Notes: generated by a model not told the origin, from the letters alone. A stretch of 64,000 nucleotides of DNA from Monocercomonoides exilis PA203 (GCA_001643675.2 LSRY02000027.1:558001-622000), one strand, 5' to 3'; shown: positions 1 through 12,857, counted from the first letter of the stretch. Translations and numbers: made by a program.

Positions 1-3000
1 CACTTCCAAGTGGCTGAGCGGGCACTCACATTCTTCGCGAACGAGAATGTGACGAAGCTGATTGAGCGGACGAAGCTGTCTACGATTCCGCTCCTGTTTG
101 GGCCACTCTATGCGAACACGAAGAACCACTGGAGCAGCTCAGTGAAGACGCTGACGTATTCGGTGCTGAAGCTGCTGATGGAGACAGACCAGAAGATGTT
201 CGAGTTCTGCGCGCAGAATGCGAATGCGCGCAATGAGAAGCGGCAGAACCCGCTGAGGTCGCCGCAGCAGTGGCGCCTGCTGGAGGAGAAGGCGCTGACG
301 AACATACTGCTGGCGAAGAAGAGGCGGAGCACGGAGGCGAATGGGAGAAATGGGAGTGAAGAGAACAATACAAGTGTTAGTGTTAGTGTCAGTGCTAGTT
401 CAAGTGTTAGTGCAAGAGAAGGTGCTGCTCCAGAACAATCAGCTGTTTCTGATTCTTCAATCAATGCCAACAACAATGCCAAAGAGAAAGAAAAAGAAAA
501 AGAGAAGGACAATGGAAAGAGCTCAGCTGAGGATGATCTGTTGTGGTGGGAGCCATCCAACTTTGATGAGCTTCCAGACTGCAAAGAATGCCAGCAGAAT
601 GCTGCTAGCAATAACAAGAGCAAAAGCAATAGAGAAGGTGTTATCAATAACAATAGCAGTAATACTAGTAATACTAGTAATAGTAACAACAGTTGCAGTT
701 GCAATGATAAAAACAATGCCCATCTCAAAGAAATCGAGCTCTTCCACACGGTGAAGCACAAGCTGTCCACCTCAAATCTTTCACACAGACTGATCGATGC
801 TCTCTTCACATCCACACTCACTGTGCCCCAGCCAACTTCTCCTCTCTTCTTCTCTTCTCCCTCTCCTTCTCCTTCCCCTCAGCCTTCCCCTTCTTTCACC
901 CTCTTCTCCTCAAACTCTCTGGCAACTCCTGCCAAACCTAAAGACGCCTCGCTTTCTCTCCTTTCCTCTGCTCTTTCGTCTGCCTCACAAAAAAAGCCAC
1001 ACACAAACAGCACTCAGAGCTTAGCCAATGCGAAGGGAGAAGGAAGCAATAGCAGTAGCAATAGCAGTATCAGTAGCATTAGCAGTATCAGCAGTCACAA
1101 AGTGGAGTATGAGGAGGATGAAGAGGATGGAGTGGAGATGCCAGCAGCGCTTGTGCTGAAGCAGCAGACGCAGCTGAAGCAGCAGTCGGGTGTAAGGAGA
1201 CGGTCTCTTATTCCAGTGGGACACCACAAGGCAACAGCACAGCAGCTGAAGGCATTCCACAAGATAGACAGCATCGATCCTGAACACACGGCGATTGGAG
1301 AGAGCGATGAGAAGGAAGGCGAGGAGAAAGAGAAGGAAAAGGAGAAAGAGAAGGAAGAGAAAGAGAAAGAAGGGAAAACACATGGAGGAATGGAACATCA
1401 TGGAGCTACCACTAATTCCAATGTAAGCAACAGCCACAACATTTCGTTAAGCACAGCCAATAGCACTTCTAATAATAGCAATAACAATAACAACAATAAT
1501 AGTAATTCCAACTCTTCAGACAAACCCTATGTGATGGCAACTGATGACCCCACGCTTGCCTCTGCCCTCAGTGCAGCCTCGGCCATCAAAGCGAACAGTC
1601 ACATTTCTCCACTCTCTCGTTCAGTGGTGGCAGCAGCACAGTCGCAGAGCGGGCCGAGAAGGAGGTCGATGATTGGGTCAGCAGAGATCGATAGATCGAT
1701 GCAGGAGCATCTGAGGAAGCTGGCGATGGAGGTGAAGGAGAATGAAGGGGCAGGGGAGGAGAGAGAGAAGGAGAAGGAGAAGGAGAAGAAGGAAAATGAG
1801 AAGGAGAAAGAGAATGAATCAAGTGTTGCAATTAGTGGAAAAACTGTGGTAGCATCATCTTCTACTACTGCTACAACTCCTACAGCTTCTTTTCATTCAA
1901 GAATCTCAAAAACGAAAGTTATTGGCAATTGTGATGGTTTTCCAAGAGTTGCATCATCTTCTAGTGCTTCAACAACTTCTTCATCATCATCGCCTTCTTC
2001 TTCTTCTTCTTCTTCTACCAGTGTTTCTCCTCGTTCTGTTTCATCATCACTTTCATTATCATCCAGCAGTTCTTCCACAACATCATCAACATCAACATCT
2101 TCCTCTTCCTCTTCCTCCTCCTCCTCCTCATCATCATCATCATCATCACCTTCTTCTTCATCTTCTTTAGCAAAGACAACAAAAGTTCTTCAACCTCGCC
2201 CAAAATCAAGAATGTCTGTAACTTCTTCTTCAAATCAGACAAATAATTCTTCTTCATTGTCACCAATGTCCACATCAACATCTTCTTCTTCTTCTTCTTC
2301 TTCAGCAGTATCCACTCTGAATGCTTTGCCAACACTAATACCAACCTCTTCTTCCTTATCTTCTTCTTCCTCTTCCTCCTCCTCCTCCTCCTCTTCTTCT
2401 TCTTCTTCTTCTTCTCCATCTCCTTCTCCTGCTTCTATCCAATCTCTTTCTTCTCTCTCTTCTCCTTTCTCTTCGTTGAGTGTGCTGTCTAACACACCCA
2501 ATCTGACCAATCGTCGTCACTCACTCTCTTCAATCGGCACAAAAGTGAAGGCAAAAGTTAAGACAGCCAGTCAAATATCTTCTTCTTCTTCTTCGTTATC
2601 ATCATCTTCTTCTTCTTCAAATGCAAATGCTGCTAATTCAATTGGAGAATCATCAACATCATCTTCTTCTTCTTCACCTCAAACACCTCCCTCTCTCATC
2701 CCCACCAGCAATACAACCATTTCTTCTTCTTCCTCTTCCTCTTCTTCTTCTTCTTCTTCTTCTGCTGGCTCTTCTCCTCCACCTGCACGCTCAGTGAGTG
2801 CAACACCAAGCAGAATACGTTCTTCTCCTCGTGTTCATCATGATTCATCTTCTTCATCATCAACAGCAACATCAACATCTTCCTCTTCTTCTTCTTCCTC
2901 CTTTTCCCTTTCTTCCACAATCCCATCAACAACCATCACATCCTTATCACTCCCTGACTCAATCACCAGATCCCCAAAATCTTCTTCTTCTTCTTCCTCC

Positions 3001-4659
3001 TCCTCCTCCTCCTCCTCCTCCTCCTCTTCCTCTTCCTCATTCCATCCTTCATCCAAACTTGAAGACAGAGGAAGATCGAAGTCATTGGGACTGCCAGGAA
3101 AGACAAGACAAGTGCTGTCTGCATTGGGATTGCCTTCTGCTCCTTGTTCTCCTTCTTCTCTGTCTGTGACACCAATGACATCATTTTCTCCGATTTCTGA
3201 GAAGAATAAAGAAGGAAGCAATGGAAGTAATGGATCTTCTTCTTCCTCCTCTTCCTCTTCCTCTTCTTCAATGGGAAGTTCATTGAACATGACTACGACT
3301 ACGAGTACGAATACAACAACATCTGGTTTGTCACATTTCTCAATGGGAGCAGAAGCATTGACTGAACAAAACGACAAAGCGAAACATCAGACAAAGAGCA
3401 TAAAATCAGCAATTTCATCATCATCATCATCCTCCTCCTCCTCATCATCATCTTCTTCTTCCTCCTCCTCTTCCTCTTCTTCCTCCCCTTCCTCTTCTCC
3501 TTCTTCTCGTTCAGGCAAAGTCTCCTCCTCATCCCCTCCTCCTCTGCAGTCACTGAGTCTTCCACCAACCTTACAGCCAAACAGTGTTGGAGGAGGAGGA
3601 GGAGGAGTAACAGGAGCAGGAACAGGAGCAGCGAGTGGAGAAAGAAGATTGTCAGCAACTGGGATGAAGCCTTTGAGCCAGGCAAGATTGTCTCAGTCGT
3701 CCAAACAGACAAGCAATGGAAGTGGCAGTGGTTGTGGTGCTGTACCTTCGTTGCCTTCTGTATCATCATCATCATCATCATCTTCTTCTTCTTCTGCAAC
3801 TACTTCTTCCTCCATCATTACTCCACCAATCGTCACTCCATCCTCTTCTTCTGCTTCTCTAAATGTCTCCTCCACCACTCAATCCTCTTCTCCTTCTTCT
3901 TCTTCCTTCCCTTCTCAATTCAAAGACCATCCACAAAAAGTTGGCAGAAGACCAGCCTCTGAACGCTTAGCTTCCTCTGCCATAAGATCCTTGCTTGCTC
4001 AAAGTGCTCCTTCTTCTCCTGTCCCTTCTCCTTCTTCCTCCTTTGCAGCACTCCCTGCTTCTTCAAATGGAGGATCGGGTGTAGCTGCGGGAAGTAAGTT
4101 GTCGAATTCATCGACTTCTTCTTCTTCCTCTTCTTCTTTTTCTTCTTCCTCCTCTTCTTCTTCCTCTTCTTATTCCTCTTCTTCTTCTCAACACCCAAAT
4201 GAAAGCAAAAATGATCAGAATGCTTCTTCTTCAATGGCTGATCAATTGCCTTCAACTACAACTTCTTCTTCTTCTTCTTCTTCTCATTCAATCAGTATGT
4301 CATCTCCAAAAGGAATGTCTTCATTTTCTCATTCAGCACAGCCTTCTTCTTCCTCTTCCTCTTCTTCTTCTTCCTCCTCTCCGTTGGCATCTTCTGTTGC
4401 TTCAGGATCGGCTGCTAATCAAAGCAACATTGCTTTGAGTGGAACATCATCTTCTTCTGCTTCTCCTTCCAATTCGCTCCGTCTGAAGAAAAAGAAAGTG
4501 CCAACTTTACAAAATTCACTTCAATCTTCGACAACATCTGCATCATCATCTTCTTCCTCTTCCTCCTCTTCAACTTCTTCTTCTTCTCCCTCTTCCTCTG
4601 TTGCGCAACTAACAGGAACGCATTCTTCTCCATCTTCTCAATTAAGTTCTGACATTTAA
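1..4659 (+). CDS. PP2A regulatory subunit B'/B56 family, 3' part (5' end outside window), with ~1450-aa Ser-rich disordered tail
   Basis: Frame from base 1 reads HFQVAERAL...IPLLFGPLY...KNHW..SVKTLTYSVLKLLMETDQKMF, the conserved C-terminal HEAT segment of B56 subunits. It is followed by an uninterrupted S/E/K/N low-complexity ORF ending in TAA at 4657-4659. Confidence 0.88.
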   Translation, partial: HFQVAERALTFFANENVTKLIERTKLSTIPLLFGPLYANTKNHWSSSVKTLTYSVLKLLMETDQKMFEFCAQNANARNEKRQNPLRSPQQWRLLEEKALTNILLAKKRRSTEANGRNGSEENNTSVSVSVSASSSVSAREGAAPEQSAVSDSSINANNNAKEKEKEKEKDNGKSSAEDDLLWWEPSNFDELPDCKECQQNAASNNKSKSNREGVINNNSSNTSNTSNSNNSCSCNDKNNAHLKEIELFHTVKHKLSTSNLSHRLIDALFTSTLTVPQPTSPLFFSSPSPSPSPQPSPSFTLFSSNSLATPAKPKDASLSLLSSALSSASQKKPHTNSTQSLANAKGEGSNSSSNSSISSISSISSHKVEYEEDEEDGVEMPAALVLKQQTQLKQQSGVRRRSLIPVGHHKATAQQLKAFHKIDSIDPEHTAIGESDEKEGEEKEKEKEKEKEEKEKEGKTHGGMEHHGATTNSNVSNSHNISLSTANSTSNNSNNNNNNNSNSNSSDKPYVMATDDPTLASALSAASAIKANSHISPLSRSVVAAAQSQSGPRRRSMIGSAEIDRSMQEHLRKLAMEVKENEGAGEEREKEKEKEKKENEKEKENESSVAISGKTVVASSSTTATTPTASFHSRISKTKVIGNCDGFPRVASSSSASTTSSSSSPSSSSSSSTSVSPRSVSSSLSLSSSSSSTTSSTSTSSSSSSSSSSSSSSSSSPSSSSSLAKTTKVLQPRPKSRMSVTSSSNQTNNSSSLSPMSTSTSSSSSSSSAVSTLNALPTLIPTSSSLSSSSSSSSSSSSSSSSSSSPSPSPASIQSLSSLSSPFSSLSVLSNTPNLTNRRHSLSSIGTKVKAKVKTASQISSSSSSLSSSSSSSNANAANSIGESSTSSSSSSPQTPPSLIPTSNTTISSSSSSSSSSSSSSAGSSPPPARSVSATPSRIRSSPRVHHDSSSSSSTATSTSSSSSSSSFSLSSTIPSTTITSLSLPDSITRSPKSSSSSSSSSSSSSSSSSSSSFHPSSKLEDRGRSKSLGLPGKTRQVLSALGLPSAPCSPSSLSVTPMTSFSPISEKNKEGSNGSNGSSSSSSSSSSSSMGSSLNMTTTTSTNTTTSGLSHFSMGAEALTEQNDKAKHQTKSIKSAISSSSSSSSSSSSSSSSSSSSSSSSPSSSPSSRSGKVSSSSPPPLQSLSLPPTLQPNSVGGGGGGVTGAGTGAASGERRLSATGMKPLSQARLSQSSKQTSNGSGSGCGAVPSLPSVSSSSSSSSSSSATTSSSIITPPIVTPSSSSASLNVSSTTQSSSPSSSSFPSQFKDHPQKVGRRPASERLASSAIRSLLAQSAPSSPVPSPSSSFAALPASSNGGSGVAAGSKLSNSSTSSSSSSSFSSSSSSSSSSYSSSSSQHPNESKNDQNASSSMADQLPSTTTSSSSSSSHSISMSSPKGMSSFSHSAQPSSSSSSSSSSSSPLASSVASGSAANQSNIALSGTSSSSASPSNSLRLKKKKVPTLQNSLQSSTTSASSSSSSSSSSTSSSSPSSSVAQLTGTHSSPSSQLSSDI

Positions 4660-5653
4660 CAGTATTTGCTTTGATTTTTTTTTTTTTTTAATTTTTCTTT
4701 CATATTTTTTATGTTGATTAAATTTTAAAAGCCATTTTTATTTCAAAAAAAATAAATTGTATTTCTTTCTTTCTTCTTTTTATTAATACTTTTTTTGTAA
4801 TTCTGTTTTTATTTTTCTTTATTTAGTATTTTATTAATTGATATATATATATTTGATTAAAAGCGCCTTTTGATTGTTGTATCCAAAAAGGAAAAAAGAT
4901 ATTTTTTCTTTCTTTCTTTTTTTTTTTTTAATCTTTTTTGCATTTTCATTAATTAGTTATTTAGAATCTTGTAAGTCTTTTGTTTTTTTTTTTGAATGAG
5001 ACGTTGCCAATTTGTTAATTTGAGCCTGTTGCTATTTTTTAAAGAGAATTCGAACTTTGCTGCGAAAACAGAAAAAAGATTAAAAGGCAAAAGAAAAAGA
5101 AAAATGAAGTGGAACACTTCGAATCGAACACTTAGTTGCTTGAGTAATTCTTATTGCCTTCTGCTTTCACATTTTCATTGTTGTTGTACATGTGTTGAAA
5201 TTCTGAATGTAATTTCATAATATTTTATTTATTTTATTGAATGTTTTGTTTTTGTTAAGCCTTCGATGAAGAGCAAGATAGAAAATTTAAAGTTTAAATA
5301 AAATACACTGAATTTTGAGAACTGCTCAGTATTTTTTTAATTCACTTCTGAAAGTTCCCTTTTTCATAGATTAAAACAACGAAATGAAAAATTGATTACT
5401 ATTTGGAGGATAAAACAAGTGTTCAAAAAAGGAGGAGGAAAAAAAAGATAAATAAAAGAGAGAGCTTCACTTTAATTTAATTATAATATTTGATTTTTAA
5501 ATAAATCCTAATAAATTTCATAATAATATAAACATTTTAACATTTAAAACAGATAAATATCAACATAAACTCAAATATATAACACACAGAAGTTGGACAA
5601 CAATAATTAGAAGAAAAGAAAGTTTATTTATTTATTTATTTATTTATTCTTTT

Positions 5654-8600
5654 TCAAGAATATTCAGATTTCCACTTTTGCTTCGCAGGAAGCATTCTTT
5701 CTTTGGATTGCGTCTTTGACATGTTCATGTCAACTCCTTTCGTCTTCCAAACAGCTTTCTTTTGTTTTGGTTTTGACTTCACAAACTTCGATTGTTTGTT
5801 GCTCGGTCCAGAAGAACTACTATCACTTGTTTCACTACTGCTGCTGTCGTCATCACCGTCGTCATCATCTTCTTCTTCTTCACTTGAATCATCATCGTCG
5901 TCGTCTTCAGAGCTATCTTTTGCATTTTCGTCAGACTCCTCCTCCTCCTCTTCTTCTTCTTCTTCTTCTTCGTCTTCTTCTTCTTCTTCTTCGTCTTCGC
6001 TTGATGCTTTACCCTTCTCGCTCTCTGATTCATCTGTCTCATCATCTGAATCATCAGACTCATCTTCGCTTTCCTCTGTTACCTTTGTTTTAACAGAACG
6101 TGTTGTTTTTGTTTGCACACTTGTTTTTCCTGAAGAAGAATTGTGTTCGGGCAAATCTTTAGAATTATCTATATTCTTTTCACTTGTCGATGTAGGCATC
6201 GAAATAGCACAAGTTGATATTGAAGGTGAAGCATCCATTTCACCTTCATTATTTTCATTTTTTATCGGAGTTTGTATTGACTTCTTTATTTCTTTGATCC
6301 TTTTCTGTTGATAAAGAACCACAAACACCATCGAGCAAATGCTTATGAGTATCACACCAGAACATGAGCCTATGATTGCTGCTTTTGCTTCAGTGCTGAG
6401 CCTAAACTGATTGCCTTTGCTTTGAGAAAGTGTGGTATTTTCATTGCCTTTGTTTCCTCCTCCACTCCCACCACCTTCTTCTTCTTTGTTATCGTCATCG
6501 TCATCATCATCATCTCCTTCATCTGGTTTATCTGGATGCAACGGCGGTGGAATTTCTGTCGAGTTGATTTGGATGACTGGAGGGATCACTTCAGGTGGCT
6601 TCATGTGAGGAACAGGCTCGCATGTTCCCGTTTTTGTGAGGAAATATCCCTTTTCGCAGCGAGCAAACACACATTTTGTGGTTGAGAAATCTGATGTTGC
6701 TGGATCCACAGGCCGGCCAAACAGCTTGTGCGATAAGTTATCTGCCTTTTGTGCTCTGCTGCTATTAAACAAGTCATTAGCGTTCTGCAGATCTTCAATC
6801 GGATGGTCGTTTTCATCAACGCACAGTGGATCAATCTTCACTTCCCAGTCTGCTTTCTCCTCAAAAAGCACATCAAGCGAAGCTGCCATCTGCAGCCGCT
6901 TGCCCACCGACAGATCGTTCAGCGTCGGCGAAAAGGGGGAGACCCAATCTGGTGTCACGACCTCGAATTCCATCGACACATTGGTTTCTTCCCAGTTCCA
7001 GCTGAGCGTGTCCATCATCGCATACGACACCGTCTGCCCCCTCCGCTTCATCAGCGGCGGCACTTTCGAACGGTCGATGCCGTATGCGGGGTTGATGGCA
7101 GTACGAAGTACAAAGTCGCTGGAAATCACATTCCCACCGCAGAAAGACCCGATGTCCACATCAACATCGGTTGGCTCGTCTGAAGAGTCGTTCAAATAAT
7201 CATCAAAAGCTGATGTTTCACCAGCACTCTTCTCGTTGCTCTCCTTTCTTTCCTGCTCTTCATTCTTCGCTTTTGATGTAGCCTTCGCTCTTGTCGGGTC
7301 AGTTCCCAGCGATGCCACTTTTGCAGAGTGTGTCACCTTCATGTACTTTGCGAACTGAGCACAGGCACTCCCACACAGCCCATCAGTCAGCAGCAAGATC
7401 TTCTCTGGTGGGAAAGGATGCGCTGCATACTCACCCAGCATGTCCATGTAAGGAAGGAAGAAGTCTCCAAGCTCCCCGTTGCGGGAGAAGGGTAGCGTCC
7501 ACTCGCGCGTGCGTGAGATCTGCTGAGGTGTGTCATCTGCATTGACTGAATTGCTTGCATTGCCAATCTCGCCTGTGTTGACTGCATTGTTCGACGGATT
7601 AGTTGAATGAGATAAACTCCTGTTGAATGAATTACTCAATTTTTGTGCTTTTCTCATTGCTTTGAGTGACTGATAGCGCTGCCAGCCAGCCGAATCCTGC
7701 CTCATCGTCTCCGTTCTGCTCACTCTTCTCTCATACCAATCTTCCACTACATCGGCTGTTCCGTATTCAGTCATCTCCGCGCTCTCCCCATCTGCAAACA
7801 GCGGTGCAATCATCCCGTTCAGATCTGCCACCACCAGCTGAGAGCGCGGAAACAGCGGAAACAGGTCCGGGTTCAGCACGTGTGCGATGCCTGTTGCCAG
7901 GTCGCCGTATCCGCCTGTGTTTGTGCGCAGGTCGATGACAAGCTTCGTCGCATGCAGCTTGACAAGAGCATCGAGAGAGGTCAGCAGCGTCTGGCAGAAG
8001 AGAGCGAGGTTTGGCGGGTCGAAGGAGGAGATGAGCATCACGCCAAGCGAAAGAGAAGGGGCGTGGTAGACAGCAAGAACGTTGGTCTGGTTGATCGCAT
8101 TAAACTCCACTTCTTCTTCTTCTGGCGGATCATCTCCTTCTCCTTCGTTTGTATTATTAAAACCGGATGAATTATGTTTCTGTGAAGATAATAGTGATGA
8201 TGATGATGATGATAACGATGATTGGGCATTGCTCATTGAGGCGTTTGCTTCTTGTGACAGGGCATATGAATTGTGAGCTTTTAAGCGCTTTTGCTTATTT
8301 CTTCGTATGGGTACACTAAACGAAGGCATTTTAGGTTGCCTTCGCAGTTTTTGCTGAGTTTTTGTTGTGTGTGGTGAATTGCAAGCAGATGATGAAGTGT
8401 TTGATTTCAGACAAGATGTGATGTTTTGTGAAGTGCTGTGTGAAGTCTCTTCTGTTTCTTCAGAAGAAGCAAGCGAAGAGAAACGTGAGAAAACATGGGA
8501 AGAAGAAGAAGACGACGACGACGAAGAGTTTGATGCAAAATTTGATACGTTAATTCCAATCAGATCAGCATTAGGTGTAATATCGCTTCCAATTTGTGAA

Positions 8601-10472
8601 TCAGTTGATGAAAAAGAAGAAGCAACGTTGCCAAAAGATGGAGTTTTGTATCGTTGCGACAGACGCGACGACATGGGCGGTATCTGAATTGAAATCACTT
8701 TGTTTATAAAGTCAATGGAATTCTTTTCTGCTATCTTTCTAATGGAAGAAGAGGATGAAGAAGAGAAAGAGGAGGAAGAGGAAGAGGAAGGAGAATAAGA
8801 AGAAGATGTTAGCGATGATGAAAGTTTCATCAAATGCCTCTTTGATTGCGTAGGGCGTCTGAAATGAAGTGTTCTGTTGTTGAATGGTGGAATGGATTCC
8901 ATGATGTCTTCAGTGTATGTGAGATAGTCCTGCTGAAGCTGAGACATTTTAAATGGACGTGAAGGAGACGAAGACTTCTTAAAAGTTGAAGATGGAGACG
9001 AAGAAGAAGAAGATGAGGATGGATATGACGAATATTTTTGAGTGCCATTGCCAGCTTCCATCGAGAACTTAGGGTATTTCATCATTCTTCTCCCAGTCTT
9101 CTCTGCTCTGCTGTTCCTCCCTCTCTTTGCATTGGAGCTTAATGCCCAGTTCTGCAGTGATGTTCTGAAGGTGTTCGTGAATGGTAGGTCGTCATAGTCT
9201 TCCATGTCACTGTAATCGACAACCCCGTCCTCCAGCGAATATCGCATTCCCCTCCAGAAGCGCCGCTTTTCCCTCTCAAACTCCTTCTGCTGCTGCTCCA
9301 AGAAAAGCGTCCTTGCTTGCCTTTGCTGCTCGCTTGTGGCAATGCTCTTGTGCGGAGGCTGAATGCTGTGAGAGTCAGAAGGATTTGGACGCTTGCCTTT
9401 TCTTGTCTTCTCTTTCAATTTCTCTTCCCGTTTCTCTTCATGTGCATGTTCTTCAGCATTGCTTCCCTTAACAATTAGAGGGATGGTCGTGCAGAACTCC
9501 GTAATTTCTCCAACATATCCGCTTGCTAAAGAGTAAACGTAAAAACTTGACACTTTTTCCTCATATTGAACATCTGGCTCAGATTGGCCTAACTTTCTGC
9601 TTTCTTTCAATTCATCGTTTATAGCTTTTGCGTTTCCTTGAATTGTTGAATTTGGTTTCTCTGGATCAGCAGGTTCAGGGTCAACAGGCTCTGGCGCTTC
9701 AATAGGCTTCAAGTACTTGACTTTGACTTCTTCAGATGGAGGAGGGGCAGTTCCAGCAAGAGAATATGAAAGCGCCATAAGTTGCGCATAATTTAAGCGT
9801 GCTGCTCTATCCCGCGATATATACACATTCGCATCAACCCATTTGGATATGGATTCGACTGGCGTTTCGTTCTCAGGAAAATTTTCTCCATCAAATGCAA
9901 TGCTCAATATTTCGTAGCCCAAAATGTCATCAATATCGTCATACCAAATCCCAAATTCAAACATTCCACCTTGAGCACCAGGAACAGCATAAACTTTTTT
10001 AACCGTTCCGTCTTCATTGAAATCAAAAGCAAATGAATAAGGCGAAAAAAATCCAAAGTCCTCGGGGCATGGCATTGTGTATGCTGTGTGAGGATCCTGC
10101 AATCTTCCCATCGCCTTAATTAATGCAACATGTTTTTCATATCCATTTTGAAATGTTGAACGCTCAATTTCTTCAAGCTCCCCAAGAATATCAAACGCCG
10201 CTTTCTGATAAGGGTACGGTGGGTTTAACATCATGTCTCTATATGCATAATTCTCAAGATAATTTTTAAGGATACTTTCAATTCCGTCAAGCTCATCAAG
10301 CTTGAAATAAAATGCAATAAATAAAAAAAATCACAATTTCTAATGGAAAACAAACAGGAAAATTAATAAGGCAATTAGTCATATTACTTACACGCTCGTA
10401 CAACCCAGGATACAAGCGGCATGATTCACTCCAAGAAACTGAAATGATTAACCCAAAAACAATAAAATACAT
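5654..10472 (-). CDS. S41 (tail-specific/tricorn-like) family peptidase, type I membrane protein with large low-complexity insertion and acidic cytosolic tail
   Basis: Motifs LQDPHT, KLVIDLRTNTGG and LLTDGLCGSACAQF resemble eukaryotic S41-like peptidases. TM segment AIIGSCSGVILISICSMVFVVLY. Inferred exon 1 from ATG 10472 (MYFIVFGLIISVSWSESC...NCLINFP, signal-like) splices over a short GT-AG intron (~10357-10303) into LDELDGIESILKNY... of the 1526-aa ORF. Confidence 0.75.
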
Positions 10473-10758
10473 TCATAGAGAACTCCAATAATATTATAAA
10501 GGTTATGTTTTTTTCATTTTTTTAATTTAATCATTAATGCAACTTGATAAAATGTTCTTCATAATAAGACAAACGTTCAAAATTTCAAAACGGAAGAATG
10601 ATTTGAAATGATTTCAAAGATTTCAAACTTAAAAATATCAATTTCTAAATAAATAAAAAACTTAAAATAAAAAAGTTTATTGATAATTTTGTGATTCTGG
10701 GACAGACCTGAGCTGTAAGGTGGTTGTTATGAAAGAATAGTGGAGGGAATTTATTCAG

Positions 10759-11323
10759 ATGGTGCAACTTCTGATGGAGCTAATGAGGCTGCAGAAGAAG
10801 AAAGAAGAGTGTGACGCCTTTCCAACTGCTTCTTCTGCTTCTTCAACACAGCACAAACAGGACTTAAATTTCAAAGAATTGGAGATAAACAAAATGCACC
10901 AATATTTTGAGTATACATTGGGCATAATCGATCCTTCGATTTCTCCGAACATATTTTCATCTGCATTGTCAATATTATCAAATGAGGTTATTTTTCCGAT
11001 TTTTTCCTATTCTACTATCTCTTTGATTCAAATTTTCTCAAATTTCTTTTGAAATGCACTTTCTTTTTCTTCAGCATTTGCTTCTGATTTGTTCTTTGAC
11101 CTCCATCATCTTCCATTTAATGCTTGTAATCAGCAGCGTTATCTTTCAAAGAGTTTGCCGAACATAACGAGTATTTCATATCTTGAGAATGCATTGTGTT
11201 CTATTTAATTATTTTCCATAAAAAAGTAGGAAATGAAGGAGAAGTTGAGAAGAAGACAATGGTGAAGAAGAAGGTGAAGAAGAAGGCGAAGAAGAAGAAG
11301 AAGAAGAAGAAGAAGAAGAAGAA

Positions 11324-11362
<39 letters not shown>

Positions 11363-12350
11363 GCAGAAGATGAAGAAGAAGCAGAAGATGATGAAGATGA
11401 AGAAGCAGAAGATGACGAAGAAGAACATGATGATGATGATGAAAATTTCGGAGAAATAGAAGAAAGAGAAGTTGAAGAAAGCGAAGAAGAAGATGATGAT
11501 GAAGCTTGTGCTGAATGATAAGAATTCAACACAATGACTGCTTTCACAAACAAAATTCTTGTGGTATGTATGAAGAAAGAACAAAAGAACAAAAGAAGAA
11601 AGAGAATGTGATTTTGAAATGATATTAATTGAGTTCAATTGTTCTTTTTGGACGAGCTGGGCGACAAAGGCAAATTAGACTCATCTGAAGAAAATGCAGA
11701 CATTATGAACAGATTCGAATTTCATAACAGCCAACAGCAGCAACTGACGGAAGATCCATTCCGTGTTGCAACATGAGAATTTGTTGGCCGCCCAAACAAC
11801 AAATTCTCAAAAATGAGGAAGGTATTCTTTTCATCAACCAAGTTAAAAAAATATAGTCAATGAAGAGATCGAAGGAGAAGGAGAAGAAACAAAGGAAGCT
11901 ACATAAATGCTGCTTGAAATGGATTGTCTCTGAGAAAAGCGCTCAACATAAAAAAAAAGCTGTTGTCTGGAATGCAAACAAGATTAAAAATAATGAAAAA
12001 TAAGAATTGGTATAACATTGATTATGAAAATTCCTCAAAAGAACGCATGCACCCTCCCTATTGCAAATGCAGAGGATTGTTCAATCACTGAAGCAGCTAA
12101 TCTCCTTTTCCATTGTTTCAAGGTGCTCCTTTCTCCATCATCCTTTATTCCCACATAAATATCCTGCTTTCGATGTTGTCATCCATTTTCCTCGTCAAAA
12201 AAATTTTTCTGCATTCTTTCTTTCCAAGAGCAGTCCAATTGTTGTTATTTCATTTTTTTCCTCTCTTCCAAATTCTTTGAAATCGAATTTATTTTCATCC
12301 CCTCTCCCAACTAAATACAAAAAATTTGCAATTCACATCTGCTGATTGTC
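10759..12350 (+). pseudogene. Degenerate coding-like region with (GAA)n/(GAT)n acidic repeats
   Basis: Short broken ORFs and trinucleotide runs at 11270-11500 like those in neighbouring genes, but stops in all frames and no domain recognised. Confidence 0.3.
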
Positions 12351-12857
12351 TCTCGGCATCGCTCTCTTTTATGTTCTCCTCAGAAAAGCAAAGGAATGTC
12401 CATTAATATAATTTATCAGATTCTTGCGCTCTGAGAAGGCCACAGATGGAAATATCTTTAAAATGAACAAGAATAATAAAAAATGCATACATTAATTCTT
12501 TCATATGTTATTTTGGAAAATGAATTTCCTTCAAAGATGCTTTTCATAAAAATCATCTCGCCCAATTCCATCATCAATTCCCCGCCGTCGCTGTCTCGTA
12601 CCAACGCACAAAATAATATCGCCTATCCTGCAGAAAATATTCGCTCACAGATCTCTCATTATTGCAAGGACTATTTTTGTTTATTCAAATCTGATGATCT
12701 GAATATCCATTACTGCAAACAAGAAAAAAGATTAATCGTTTTTTCTTTCTTTCATTGTAACGACTTGTCAAATAAAACTAACAACATAGAATGGTATAAC
12801 AACTTATATTTTCATGGTTGTTTTGAGATTATATTTTGCACCAATTTCTTCTTTCCA

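Noticed and set aside
80-4633. Numerous poly-E/K/L/H ORFs overlapping the B56, S41 and RRM genes
   Set aside because: Alternative-frame read-outs of TCT/TCA/TCC-rich low-complexity coding sequence.
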